A stretch of DNA of 64,000 nucleotides from Pocillopora damicornis (GCF_003704095.1 NW_020845694.1:620001-684000); one strand, 5' to 3'; shown: positions 13,316 through 24,290, numbered from the stretch's first letter. Notes: generated from the letters alone by a model not told the origin. A program made the numbers and translations.

Positions 13316-14774
13316 TATTGATTGATTCTGGAAACAAAGCAAAGCTGATGTACAAACCTCTGTCGTTTACTTCCTCAAGAGCCAAACAATTATGGCGTTA
13401 ACTACTAATTCTGTCGAGATATCTAAATATGTTCTTCGCGCGTCAAGGGAATACAGATATTGGAGTTTCAGTTGTTTCACTTTTGCATTTGATAAACGAT
13501 CTTTCCAGTACCTGGACCGTGACGTTAACACTGATCTATGGTCCAAATAAGGCAGGATTATATTGTTTTGATATTGAAAATCACGGGTGACTTTTGCAGC
13601 GAGAAGTAGGCGGGTACAGGGATGGGCAGGAGGGGGACTGGGATGGGCTAGCACTCTTGATGGTGTCTTACGATAATGCTGGATCAATCGAGTCTTCGAA
13701 TACAAGAGATGACACATTAAGACTAATCAAGAAATTTGAAGTTCCTACTATTTCAATTGACTTTTTGTTTGGTGTTGCATCAGATGACAGTGGATTTCCA
13801 TGAGAAAAGAGAGAATCATGCTGAGTAATTTGATATTTTCGCCTCATGACTGGAAGGCTATGGGTCACCAAAAACGTCATGTTACTATTATAGGCCTCTT
13901 AGACCACATAAATATTTTTTTAGTATTATATAGTTCAAGTAAATGAGCTTTTTTGGTAAAAGCTAAAAACCCTGTTTCTCCTTAGCAGCCCTCCGCCTGA
14001 AAATGAAAAGACATTTCAAGGAAAGTTCAATCCAATTTGGCCATTTCTGAGAGTGAGCGGATCCATCGTAAGAGCAAATGGTACGATGACGAAGGCCCAA
14101 AGCTCAAAACGTCAGTTTTAGCAACTCTCACACGCAGTCCCAACTTTTTTTTTCAAGGTCTTTTAAAAGTGTTCCCCACCAGAATGCAACTGAGGAGTTA
14201 AACTTATCTTAGGATTATGAATGGTCTATAAAAGTCGGGTATAGCCGACCACGTGCTGAAATAGAGACTCGAAACTCTTGTTGTTCGTCTAAGAGAAAGT
14301 GCCGGCGGCTGAATTCTCGAGACATGTAAGCATACAACGCGAAGCTGTTGTTTCAGTTTCAGCCATTTTCTATAACTTGATTTCCAAAATTAAACTGATA
14401 TTTTAAAATCAGCAAGTGAAGTTTTGCTTGTACAACTCTCCGCTGTTCGTCCCCTACACAACGAGATGGCCTTTGCCCCATTTTCACCTTAAATATGAGC
14501 AAAATGTGTGCAAAATGGTTGATTCCCTCCAACGCTCACGAAAAAATGGCCGCGACTGATGTCTTCTCTTTCTTACACCGAACGAATAAAAAAAAAAGGA
14601 TGAGAATGTAAGGTTAATGTCAGAAAGTATTGAAAAAGATTTTACTCTATACACACTGAGATTTACCTTGTGAAATCCTACTGTTCGTGTCTCTGATTGG
14701 ACGAACGATGTATTTTCACAGTCGTTCGCTTCGTACTTAAAAGTGTAAATCTCTGTGTGTATAAAATAAAAACA

Positions 14775-14920
14775 TAATACCATGGAAAGTGCACACGAAT
14801 GATTTTTAGTCACTCGTTGCGGTGTATCAAAAAACTCACCCGTTCGCTGCGCTCAGTCGTTCTTTTTTTTCGATTCAACGCTGATTCGTGAATAAAAATC
14901 GTTCGTGCGTACTTTCCAAG
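14775..14920. repeat. Small palindromic MITE-like repeat (second copy about 25530-25672)
   Basis: CCATGGAAAGTGCACACGA...TCGTGCGTACTTTCCAAGG inverted ends. Confidence 0.55.
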
Positions 14921-15996
14921 GATAGACAGATGTGACAGACTTCCCGTGCAACCTCATTAATAAACACATTTGAATGTTTAAAGAATTGGAATAATCAGGT
15001 AAGAGAAACGCGAGCACTATATGAGTGGTTGGCCTGCAGTACTAGGCCTGTATTTGAAAATGGGGAATTAACTGATTGAAGCAACTCAAGTGCTGCGAAG
15101 TCAGACACCTTTCAAATGCCCGATTCAAACATTTTCTAGCCGAGGCTAAGGCATCAATACACTGTGATGTAAAGTTTTGTCACTGTATAATATATGGAAG
15201 GCTTTTCCAGCAACTGAACTACTTATGACTACTGGATACTTGTTACAAGTAATAGGCTTTTTGTGGCAACCTGGGAGAATAGGCCTTTATCAAGGAAAAA
15301 TTGAAAATTGAGTAAGCTGCTGAACAGGCGTATTTAATATTTCATTTTATTTTATCTTTACCCTCTGTACACCTTTCCTTTGCATTTGCAAAGACCAGTT
15401 TGAAGCAAAATTAAGGTTCTTCTACACGCAACCGGATTGCTTTGACATGTTTCAATGCTTCGAATGGAAAAATGCCGAATGGATAAAGTCATTCGCGGTT
15501 TTTTATGTGTTCGAATGCGAGTTACGGTTGACTCATTGCGTTCTTTACATTAATCATTCTCGAGATTTCCAACTGTGAATAGAAAGTAGGATTGATTCGT
15601 GAATAAAAATCGTTCGTGCGCACTTTCCATGTTGATAGCTCACGACACTTGTGACAGACTTCCCGTGCAACCTCATTAATAAACAAATTTGAATGTTAAA
15701 AGGAATAATCATGCTTCGAATGGAAAAATGCCGAATGGATAAAGTCATTCGAAGTTTTTTATGTGTTCGAATGCAAGTTACGGTTGACTCATTGTGTTCT
15801 TTACATTAATCAGTTTCGAGGTTTCCAACTATGAATCGAAAGTAGGAAAATATTTGGATATAATTCATAAGCTTAACATAAGCGTATGATTTTTAATATT
15901 ATTAGAATAAATTGATCATTGCAACTGATCCCTTTACCACAGGACATAATATCAGAAGCTCTACCATACAATAGAACCGGTGTTTGCATTTTCAAC

Positions 15997-16622
15997 TAAG
16001 CAACCGAACATCTTGCGGGATATCGAGATATAGGCATCGCGGAAGTCTCGAATTCTTGCGCTGTAAATAACAAAGTTCATAGCAGAGTTAGAGAGAGCCA
16101 AAGATCTAATTCACATGTATGCTGGACCATAATTTTCAACCAGAGATTTTCCTGTGATGAAAAAAAACATCAACCAACGGAAACCAGCTGACAGAAAACA
16201 AACTGATGATCACAATTGCCAGTGTTAGTGCAACACGCCGTTCGACTTTCAAATTGACATTAATGGATGATTGCGCTCTTAGACGGCCCTTTCGTTTCCT
16301 TTCCCTGACCAAAGTAAGCAATATTGACAAGTAACACACGAACATGAGGGAATAACCAATGGAAAACATTACTGCAGCTAAGTAATAAGTTTTTTTCGGT
16401 AAGAGCTGTCGAACTGTGGCGAATGCAAAAGCGACAACCCACATTGTAGCCAGCATGATTTTCAAGCCATAGTTCTTCATGATCCGACCGTGACGGAGAG
16501 GGAAGGTGACAGCTAAGAGGCGGTCTGTACTGATAGCCACAAGATGCATAAACGACGAGGAACAGCAAAGTTGGCTAAAAGCGAGTAGACGAGTTCAAGA
16601 CTAGGCGCACACTCGTGTAGAA
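15997..16622 (-). pseudogene. GPCR subtype B pseudogene (5' third deleted, frameshifted, stop codon lost)
   Basis: Colinear with 26430-27052; indels in TM6; the TGA stop of the intact copy reads TTA here; homology ends abruptly at 16622. Confidence 0.9.
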
Positions 16623-17200
16623 TAATAACTTTCTTTATATAGTACTCGTATCCTCTGCTAAGACGCTTTACAATCATACAAAATCATACATTATTAATAA
16701 AAATTTACAAATTTACAACCATATCCTACTATATGATACTTAAACATAGCTAAAATTCATGCTGGTTAAAAAAGAAAAAGAAAACTAACGCCAGCCATAT
16801 CTTATGATAGGATACTTAAACATAGCTAAAATTTACAATGATTAAAAAAGAAAATTAAATCTAAAGCAATATATATAAATCTATAAAAATAATGGTCTGT
16901 TATTAATATATTTACTACACAGGAACGTCTTAAGTGCTCTTTTAAAAATTGAGATTGTGTTAGTTTCTGAGCTAAATAGCTAGGCGATGCCCCATTCAGT
17001 GATTTATACACTAGAAGCAGAATCTTGAAAATAATACGGTATTGGATCGGTAGCCAGCGAAGCTTCTGCAAAACAGGTGTGATATGCTGAAACTTACTCA
17101 TTTGACACACAACCCTAGCCGCCATGTTTTGTACATATTGCAATCTTTGTAACTGATACTTAGGCAAGCCATATAATAATGCATTACAAGCATTTGTAAG
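16623..17200 (-). mobile_element. 5'-truncated non-LTR retrotransposon (L2/CR1-like ORF2 C-terminus plus 3' tail)
   Basis: CNALLYGLPKYQLQRLQYVQNMAARVV..FQHITPVLQKLRWLPIQYRIIFKILLLVYKSLNGASPSYL is the typical post-RT region of L2/CR1-clade LINEs. Confidence 0.85.
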
Positions 17201-17322
17201 ATGGCTGAAACTAATTTGTTTCGAAACTATGACGGTCCTATTGTATATTAATACATAAAAACTCGAAGACACAGAGAGAAGCTGTAAGTATCGCAAAAAA
17301 ATATTTCAAAGATTCCAAAGAT

Positions 17323-17497
17323 TCCAACGTAGTGAATTTTCACTCGTTTTATGACTTTGTCTACGGCTGTAACAACGACAGGATAAAGTTTACGGTCGTT
17401 GGTTTTTGTTCTTATCTTCTTCTGAATAAACCCCCCCCCTTGAAAAGACCTCGTCGGAGTATCGTTTTGGGACTCTCCTTTCCCTTGCAGCCGCCAT
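17323..17497 (-). pseudogene. Truncated Tudor-knot/chromo-barrel-like ORF (not in the ORF track)
   Basis: ATG at 17497 in aaccATGGCG context: MAAARERRVPKRYSDEVFSRGG, then a 1-nt frameshift in the G9 run (17431-17439), then FIQKKIRTKTNDRKLYPVVVTAVDKVIKRVKIHYVG; the 'VKIHYVG' strand is a chromo-barrel signature; sequence breaks down after it. Confidence 0.6.
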
Positions 17498-18464
17498 GGT
17501 TACAAATTTAAATTGTTCCTAATGTGATTGATACTCTAATGCGCAAGCGCAGTAGGAAAAAACGTAGTCCGCGCCAGCCTGGACGCCACTTGGAGCAAAT
17601 GTTCGTGCTAATTATGGGAAGTAAGTTTGATATGGTAAAAATTCTCCATTTTAAGTACAGCAGTTTTTACATTAAGAAACTGAAAAGAATAAAAGAATAA
17701 TTTGAAACTGGCTAATAGCAATCAACAGAAAATCAAGTGCCAATGCAAACGCGGAGTTAACGCTTACGTGCAGGTTTTATTAAATGGCCCACAATTTTCA
17801 CGATGAAATACTTTGCGGTCCTTAACATCTAAGCGAGAACAATGAAGCAGTTCTCAATGATAGCAATCTTTTGTTTTTGTCATCAGACCTCATGGTGGAA
17901 GTTAACATTGCTATTAGCCACACGCCGGGGATTTCTGGCGGATTTTTCGGCCACATTATTTTCCAGTTTTTTCCCCGCCGCCATGTTGGCCGTGCGGAGG
18001 TCTGGCGCAAAGCCGGGAAATGATTAACTTTGCAGGCTCTCTATGAACTGTGGTTAAATGAAAGCGCGGTAAATTTGGAACCAACATCTAGATCCTCGCA
18101 AGAGCTTTTATTCAATACCAAACAAGGCGAAATAGGAGAAATATATTTGGTTTTCCCGTGGTTGAAAAGAGGAGACTGTCATGGCGTCGTGAAGCAAAGC
18201 ATATTTTTGAGGCATCTTAAAAAGATTTAAGCTTCAAAATGACAAGACGGCTAGAAGCTAGAGACAAAACTATGGAATCATGCGTTCATTGGTAAGGACT
18301 TCTCCGATTCAGAATTTTTTATTTTTGTCTCGTTTCCTTGATATCTGAACTTTTTAACGACTACCATGACTAGACTTTCGAGCATTTCGAGGTTTACTGA
18401 GCGAGCTACTCTCCCTTTGTCAACAGAATGTGGATTAAGACAGGTTGTAACAGAGTGCAGCGAC

Positions 18465-19239
18465 ATGCCACCAAGAAAAGGACAGAAAAATCGCTTCCCT
18501 TTGAATGAATATCTAGAGATTAAACGGAACCAAGATGCTCTTCTTGTGTCTGCCCTTGCCCGTGATAAAGAGTTTACGAAAAAGGCAAGGAAATTAAAGC
18601 GCCTCGAGTCAAAGGTAAACAACATCGAATATCAAATACTTGAATCTCCTGAACTTGCACGCATACATCTTCAATTGTTGTTAAGAGAAATAAAATATAA
18701 ATCAGAAGGCAGTTAAATTGCCTTTTACCTCTAAATACGTCGAAATGAGCAAATATTTTGGAAATTTCCACGAAATGACTCGTTTTCCTTTGATTTCAGT
18801 TAAACTCGGCTAATACTGTTGTGTTTTAGGCAAAATTGGTGAATGAGGATAACAAAAATGTGAAAGAAAAGGTCAGTACCTTCAATTCATGTGTACTCTT
18901 TTGAATATTATATTCTTGGAGAAAGCTTTCTCATTCCATGCGAACAGTTTATCAATAGAGTAATTTATGATTTACTCTGGCTGTGAAGTTATGCATTGAA
19001 ATAAAACTGAAGATTTGCATGGTCAAAATTTTTTGTCTTCCTCAGATCTCTGTTACAGACAACATTGTAGACAGAAGGACCCGCTCTCCAACAATTTTGG
19101 GAGATGAAGAGAAGATCTCTGGCCCTGGCCGTAACGCTAGACGAAGGAGGCTACAGACATTAAATGCTGCAAAAATGTTGCATGTAGCCACTGCTGAGAA
19201 TATGACACCAGCTTATGCAGGTCTCATAGCAGTTTTGAA
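18465..19239 (+). CDS. 5' exons of the RAG1/Transib-like transposase gene (18465-18614, 18830-18871, 19046 to gap at 19240)
   Basis: Three phase-0 GT-AG exons join to MPPRKGQKNRFPLNEYLEIKRNQD...KRLESK|AKLVNEDNKNVKEK|ISVTDNIVDRR...GRNARRRRLQTLNAAKMLH; the last exon overlaps the start of the copy at 19340. Confidence 0.6.
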
Positions 19240-19339
19240 NNNNNNNNNNNNNNNNNNNNNNNNNNNNNNNNNNNNNNNNNNNNNNNNNNNNNNNNNNNNN
19301 NNNNNNNNNNNNNNNNNNNNNNNNNNNNNNNNNNNNNNN

Positions 19340-20300
19340 TAGATGAAGGAGGCTGCAGACATTAAATGCTGCAAAAATGCTGCATCAAGCCACTGCCAAG
19401 AGTATGACACCAGCTTATGCAGTCTCATGGCAGTTTTGAATGAAAGAGCTTCAGTTTTGGTATTGAGTGATGCAATGATAAAGTGCGCTAAGTTCACAAA
19501 GATAGTTCTTCCTAAAATTGCAAAGCAGGAGATTAATATTTTTGAGAAAAGCCAAACAAATTGTATTAGAAGTGTAAATAATTTGTACAGTGGTGGCATT
19601 GCAAGCAAGCAGAAGTACAATTCAGTAAGGTCATTATTAATGATGTGCTTAGATAATGCTGAGGTTAAAAGGAAGCATATTGAATTCATGAGCAACAATC
19701 CAGTACCTAGACTTCTTTCCCATAAAGAGGTACCTAAAAAGAATGAATCAAATAAACACAGTTGATTTATATCATGTGAGAGAAACACTTTGCAAAGGGC
19801 TCAAGGATGAAGATATAGTTAATGGGAAGTACAGGGACCCAAAGCTAATGTTGAAAATAGCACAGTTTCATCTCAGTGCCAACAATTAGTGGAAAGATAA
19901 GCTTAACTGGTTTGGGACACTAGAGGAAACTTCTAAAGCTGCTATAGGGGGAATAGTACATCCTTTGGAAAGGATGACCAAGCATTGGCTTGGTTAGTTA
20001 GTTTCTTAAACTGTGGTCAGAGTGTGTGTAGCTCTGCAGAGAACTTTCTCTTAATCGGGGCCAATTACTCTGAAGACTGTGAGCCTGTTCGCAGATATGT
20101 GACACTGCTTGAAAGGCAAATGACTGAAATTGAGGGGAAATTGTTTTCAGTAGAAATTGAAGGTATGGAGAAGTTTGTTTCCTTCAATCTGAACTGCTAC
20201 CAAATGACATGAAATACAAATGAAAACACAATGGAGAGAAGGGAGGCAAAGCATGTTACTCTTGCCAAATTTACTAAAGCTATAGAAGCCATAAAATAGG
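19340..20300 (+). pseudogene. Degenerate, internally deleted copy of the RAG1/Transib-like transposase
   Basis: Multiple frameshifts; AIGG[D]..FGKDDQALAWLVSFLNCG (about 19941-20016, first catalytic Asp codon hit by a 1-nt deletion); PNDMK (about 20201) then jumps directly to NTM..REAKH and to the stop region. Confidence 0.75.
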
Positions 20301-21118
20301 TTAAAGGTGGCCTGTAATGAAACAGTTTCTTAGAATTTGCAAACTACAGACAAAAATATAACTTTTTTACTGTTACAATAATGTACTTAATATATGACCA
20401 TTTATGAGATATTCATTATATACCCCTACATACTATGTTAAAAGGAAAAAAACTATAAATGTAGATTATGAATACCTGTGTAATAATTTTTTTAATGTTT
20501 GCAAGAATAATTATTAAAATCAGAGCAAATTGTCAAGGAAAGTTGCTTTCTATCAAATACCTTAGTACCAATTATCATAGGATATGTATCACCTACTAGG
20601 CACATATGTTTGGGGTGCTGAAAGGAAAATTAATTTTGTGTCTCAATTCTCAATAATCAAAATGATTTCCATAGTATCTGAAGAATATTAATTTTATGAG
20701 TGATTCAAATGGAAGCAAATTACCAGTAGCGCATTGAATATCAATATAAAAAGTTTATAGTAATATATAGATATGTATATTTTAGATATATTCAGAGATT
20801 ACAAAAAAAATTTACTATTTCAATTTTTCATTAATATACAAAAATTGCATGCTGAATGTGCTGCCATCAAAAAATATTATTGTCTTAAATGTTACAATTA
20901 TAATAGTTGACTACAAAACTTTAAAAAGATATATGTATATCTAGCTGTCTTTGAGTTCCTTCTCAAAAGAGAACATAAATTTTGAAATATTAAAAATAAT
21001 TATAGCAATGTGTATGTTNNNNNNNNNNNNNNNNNNNNNNNNNNNNNNNNNNNNNNNNNNNNNNNNNNNNNNNNNNNNNNNNNNNNNNNNNNNNNNNNNN
21101 NNNNNNNNNNNNNNNNNN

Positions 21119-22392
21119 TTTAGTAGAAATTGATGGTAAGGAGAAGTTTGTGTCCTTTCAATTTGAACTGTTACCAAATGACATGAAATATTTGGCTTTT
21201 CTAGGAGGAGAACTAAGTATATCTGCCTCTTATTTTTCTCCATTTGCAGACATTAACAAAAAAGACATTGCCAACACTCAAGAAAATTTTGGTTCAAAAC
21301 CACAAGACAAATGGCATCCATAGAAATATTCAAAGACTTAGAGTGGCAGCTGCTGTGAAAGAGAAGAAAGAAGAGGTAAGTAAAACAACTCTGAAACCAG
21401 CCACAAAGCGTGAGAAAATAACATCTTTCATCTCACAGAAAAAATCCAGGCAAGAGTTTCTTCCTTTGGTTGGTAAATTTATTGATAGGGCCAAAGCAGA
21501 ACCCCTTCATTTGAAGAATAATGCTTGGCAACAATGGAATTCATCTGTCTTGATGTATTCTTTGTCACGCAGTCATCTTGGTGAACGTGAGTCTATTTCA
21601 GATGTTTCTCCGAACAGCTGTTTTGGTAAGTATTATCATACCATTAGATTCAATGTGAAAGCAACACGCTTGGCAAAAAAGATCAGGAAGTGGTTTGCAG
21701 GTGACAGAACAAAGAATAAACCCTTGGAATATCGCTTTACAGGTAAAGAGTCGCGTCTTTTTTGTCACAATTTCATGTATATCGTTGAAAGTCTGAAAAC
21801 TGATGAGGATCAGAATGTTCACACTTTCAAGTTACATGTTTTTGCCTACACAGGTTTGAATCTAAGAGATTCAGTCTCGCTTTTTAGTAGGATCTCAATG
21901 TCAAGTGAGCAGGTTCAAAGTCTCAGTCAAGTTTGTTCCAACTATTTCAGAGCTACTGCACTCTTTTTAAAGAGTACCCCTACTTCCTGGACAATTGGCC
22001 ATGTAGTGCCAGTTCATGCCCAGCAACTCCAGGAAACATTAGGTTTGGGCTTGGGAATAAACACAATGGAGGGAAGGGAGGCAAAGCATGTTACTCTTGC
22101 CAAATTTACCAACAATGCCCAGTATAACAACAGATGGAGTCAGGTTTTTAAGCATGAGTACATTTCATTATTCTGGTTACGAGAAAACGGGTGTGATGAA
22201 ACTGTGTACAAACACACTTCAAATGAGTATATACCTAAGAGGTGTTTCACCCATGACTTTTGTTACTGTGGTCTCCCCAAAGATGGTAATGTAGAGAAGT
22301 GTAGTTTTTGTTCCCGGCACTTTCAAAAATTAGTTTCAGACTGTGTTCTTCAAGGGAAAACCACACTTGAAGCTAAAGAGGCAATTAAATAA
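21119..22392 (+). pseudogene. RAG1/Transib/Chapaev-like DDE transposase core and C-terminus (one nonsense codon at 21321 plus a frameshift)
   Basis: FELLPNDMKYLAFLGGELSISASYFSPF (D at 21180), AEPLHLKNNA, KPLEYRFTGKESRLF, GHVVPVH...GLGINTMEGREAKH (E at 22078), C-terminal CYC..CSFC; motif order parallels the RAG1 core. Confidence 0.75.
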
Positions 22393-23084
22393 CTTAAAGG
22401 TGGCCTGTTATGTAACAGTTTCTTAGAATTTGCAAACTACAGACAAAAATGTAACTATTTTATTGTTATGATAATGTACTCAATATATGGCTACTTATTA
22501 GATACTCTTTATATATGCCAACATACAATGTTAAAAGGAAAACAAATTATNNNNNNNNNNNNNNNNNNNNNNNNNNNNNNNNATCAAAGCAAATTGTTCA
22601 AGAAAGTTGCTTTCTATCAAATGCCTTAGTGTCAATTATCATAAAGGATATGTATCATCTACTAAGCACATATGTTTGGAGTACTGAGAGGAACATTAAT
22701 TTTGTCTCAATTCTCAATAATCAAAATGATTTCCAGGGTATTGAAGATATATAATTTTATGAGTGATTCAAATGGAAGCAAATTACCAGTAATNNNNNNN
22801 NNNAGAGATTACAAAAGATAATTTACTATTTCAATTTTGCTATTAATATCCTCTAGTGCATTTAATATCAGTATGAAGAGTTTACAGAAATATATAGATA
22901 TGTATATTATCGATATATACAGAAATTACANNNNNNNNNNNNNNNNNNNNNNNNNNNNNCTATACAAAACGTTGCGTGCTGAACGTATTGCCATCAGAAA
23001 TTATTGTTTTTTTGAATGTTACCATTACAATCGTTGATATTAAAAGTATTATACTATAAGGATTGATCGTAGTTACTGTTCATT

Positions 23085-23741
23085 TCACACATGCTGCGGC
23101 CAGTCATGCTCNNNNNNNNNNNNNNNNNNNNNNNNNNNNNNNNNNNNNNNNNNNNNNNNNNNNNNNNNNNNNNNNNNNNNNNNNNNNNNNNNNNAATATT
23201 TTATTCCAAACTGTTTTTCATAACTTATGATTGCCTCTACGCGCTTGTTGCCTTTGATTTTTCTTTTCAAAAAGGTATTTTTACTCAGGTTTTGATCGGT
23301 ACAATCAGAAAATACCTTTCTCACTCTGTCACGAGAGGTGAAAGCAAACACACAGTTCTTTCGTGTTCGGTCAGCTATAACTCCGAAATTTGTCCTCGAA
23401 ACAATATTNNNNNNNNNNTGAAAAAGCTCTCTGTGCAGCTTCTCCTCCACGACCACCTGCCAAGCGTGTTTGACGGAACATCGTGNNNNNNNNNNTCGCT
23501 GAAATGTCTTAAGCCAATCTATGGCTTGCCTTTGAAACATTGGAAAATAATCTCCCAAGATGTGCTTAAATCCGGTTCGGTTATTGAAGTGTCGAAGCGA
23601 AACTGGTGCAGGCAACCCTCTTATATCATCTAGNNNNNNNNNNATATTATTACTTTGACCATCTTTGCCCGAAAGTTCAGCCTCTGCAACTACAAGCGCA
23701 CCACGAACAGTGTTCAAAAACACTCCACTAGTGTCCGCCAT
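23085..23741 (-). CDS. Uncharacterised ORF (about 200 aa) convergent with the transposase, interrupted by small gaps
   Basis: aaacATGGCG start at 23741; open frame MADTSGVFLNTVRGALVVAEAELSG...VVVEEKLHRELF...IISYEKQFGIKY maintained across four short N runs; 3' end uncertain. Confidence 0.6.
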   Translation of the reverse strand: MADTSGVFLNTVRGALVVAEAELSGKDGQSNNXXXXLDDIRGLPAPVSLRHFNNRTGFKHILGDYFPMFQRQAIDWLKTFQRXXXXRCSVKHAWQVVVEEKLHRELFXXXXNIVSRTNFGVIADRTRKNCVFAFTSRDRVRKVFSDCTDQNLSKNTFLKRKIKGNKRVEAIISYEKQFGIKYXXXXXXXXXXXXXXXXXXXXXXXXXXXXEHDWPQHV

Positions 23742-23904
23742 GTTTCGTTTGAAAAAAGCCAGTTTGAAGTTAGCCGCTGACGCATTACTTGAGCCCGTCG
23801 ATTTNNNNNNNNNNNNNNNNNNNNNNNNNNNNNNNNNNNNNNNNNNNNNNNNNNNNNNNNNNNNNNNNNNNNNNNNNNNNNNNNNNNNNNNNNNNNNNNN
23901 NNNN

Positions 23905-24023
23905 GCTGCTATAGAATTAACTATCATAAGAAGCACGCCATGTGTCTGCGGAAGGACGCAATCGTCTGTGGAGTCACTTGAAGTATTCGCGCTGTATTCC
24001 AATGAAATATTCTGTATATTCAT
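23905..24023 (-). CDS. GPCR subtype A copy 4, N-terminus only (remainder in gap)
   Basis: MNIQNISLEYSANTSSDSTDDCVLPQTHGVLLMIVNSIA matches the other A copies. Confidence 0.75.
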
Positions 24024-24290
24024 TATTGATTGATTCTGGAAACAAAGCAAAACTGATGTGTAAACCTCTATTGTTTACTTCTTCGGGAGTCAAGAAATTA
24101 TGGCGTGATTCCCAATTACTTGTGTGAACTACCAATTCTGTCGAGATATCTAAATATGTTCTTCGAGTGTCAAGGGAATACAGATATTGGAGTTTCAGTT
24201 GTTTCACTTTTGCATTTGATATACGATCTCGAGGGAGACTGGGGTGGGCTGGATCAATCGAGTCTTCGAATACAAGAAATGATGTATTAA

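Noticed and set aside
17884-17985. Minus-strand short ORF MAAGKKLENN... from a ccaacATGGCG start
   Set aside because: Only 33 codons; the context equals a YY1-like CCGCCATNTT promoter motif, and there is no support for coding
17799-23485. CACGATG (17799) and CATCGTG (23479) as RSS/Transib-like heptamer termini
   Set aside because: The inverted match does not extend beyond 7 bp, the right copy lies inside the partner ORF and abuts a gap, and no TSD can be checked
23085-24050. ORF-track 321-aa protein that looks like a GPCR N-terminus fused to an unknown domain
   Set aside because: The join crosses a 100-N gap of unknown size (23805-23904); the downstream part has its own ATG at 23741
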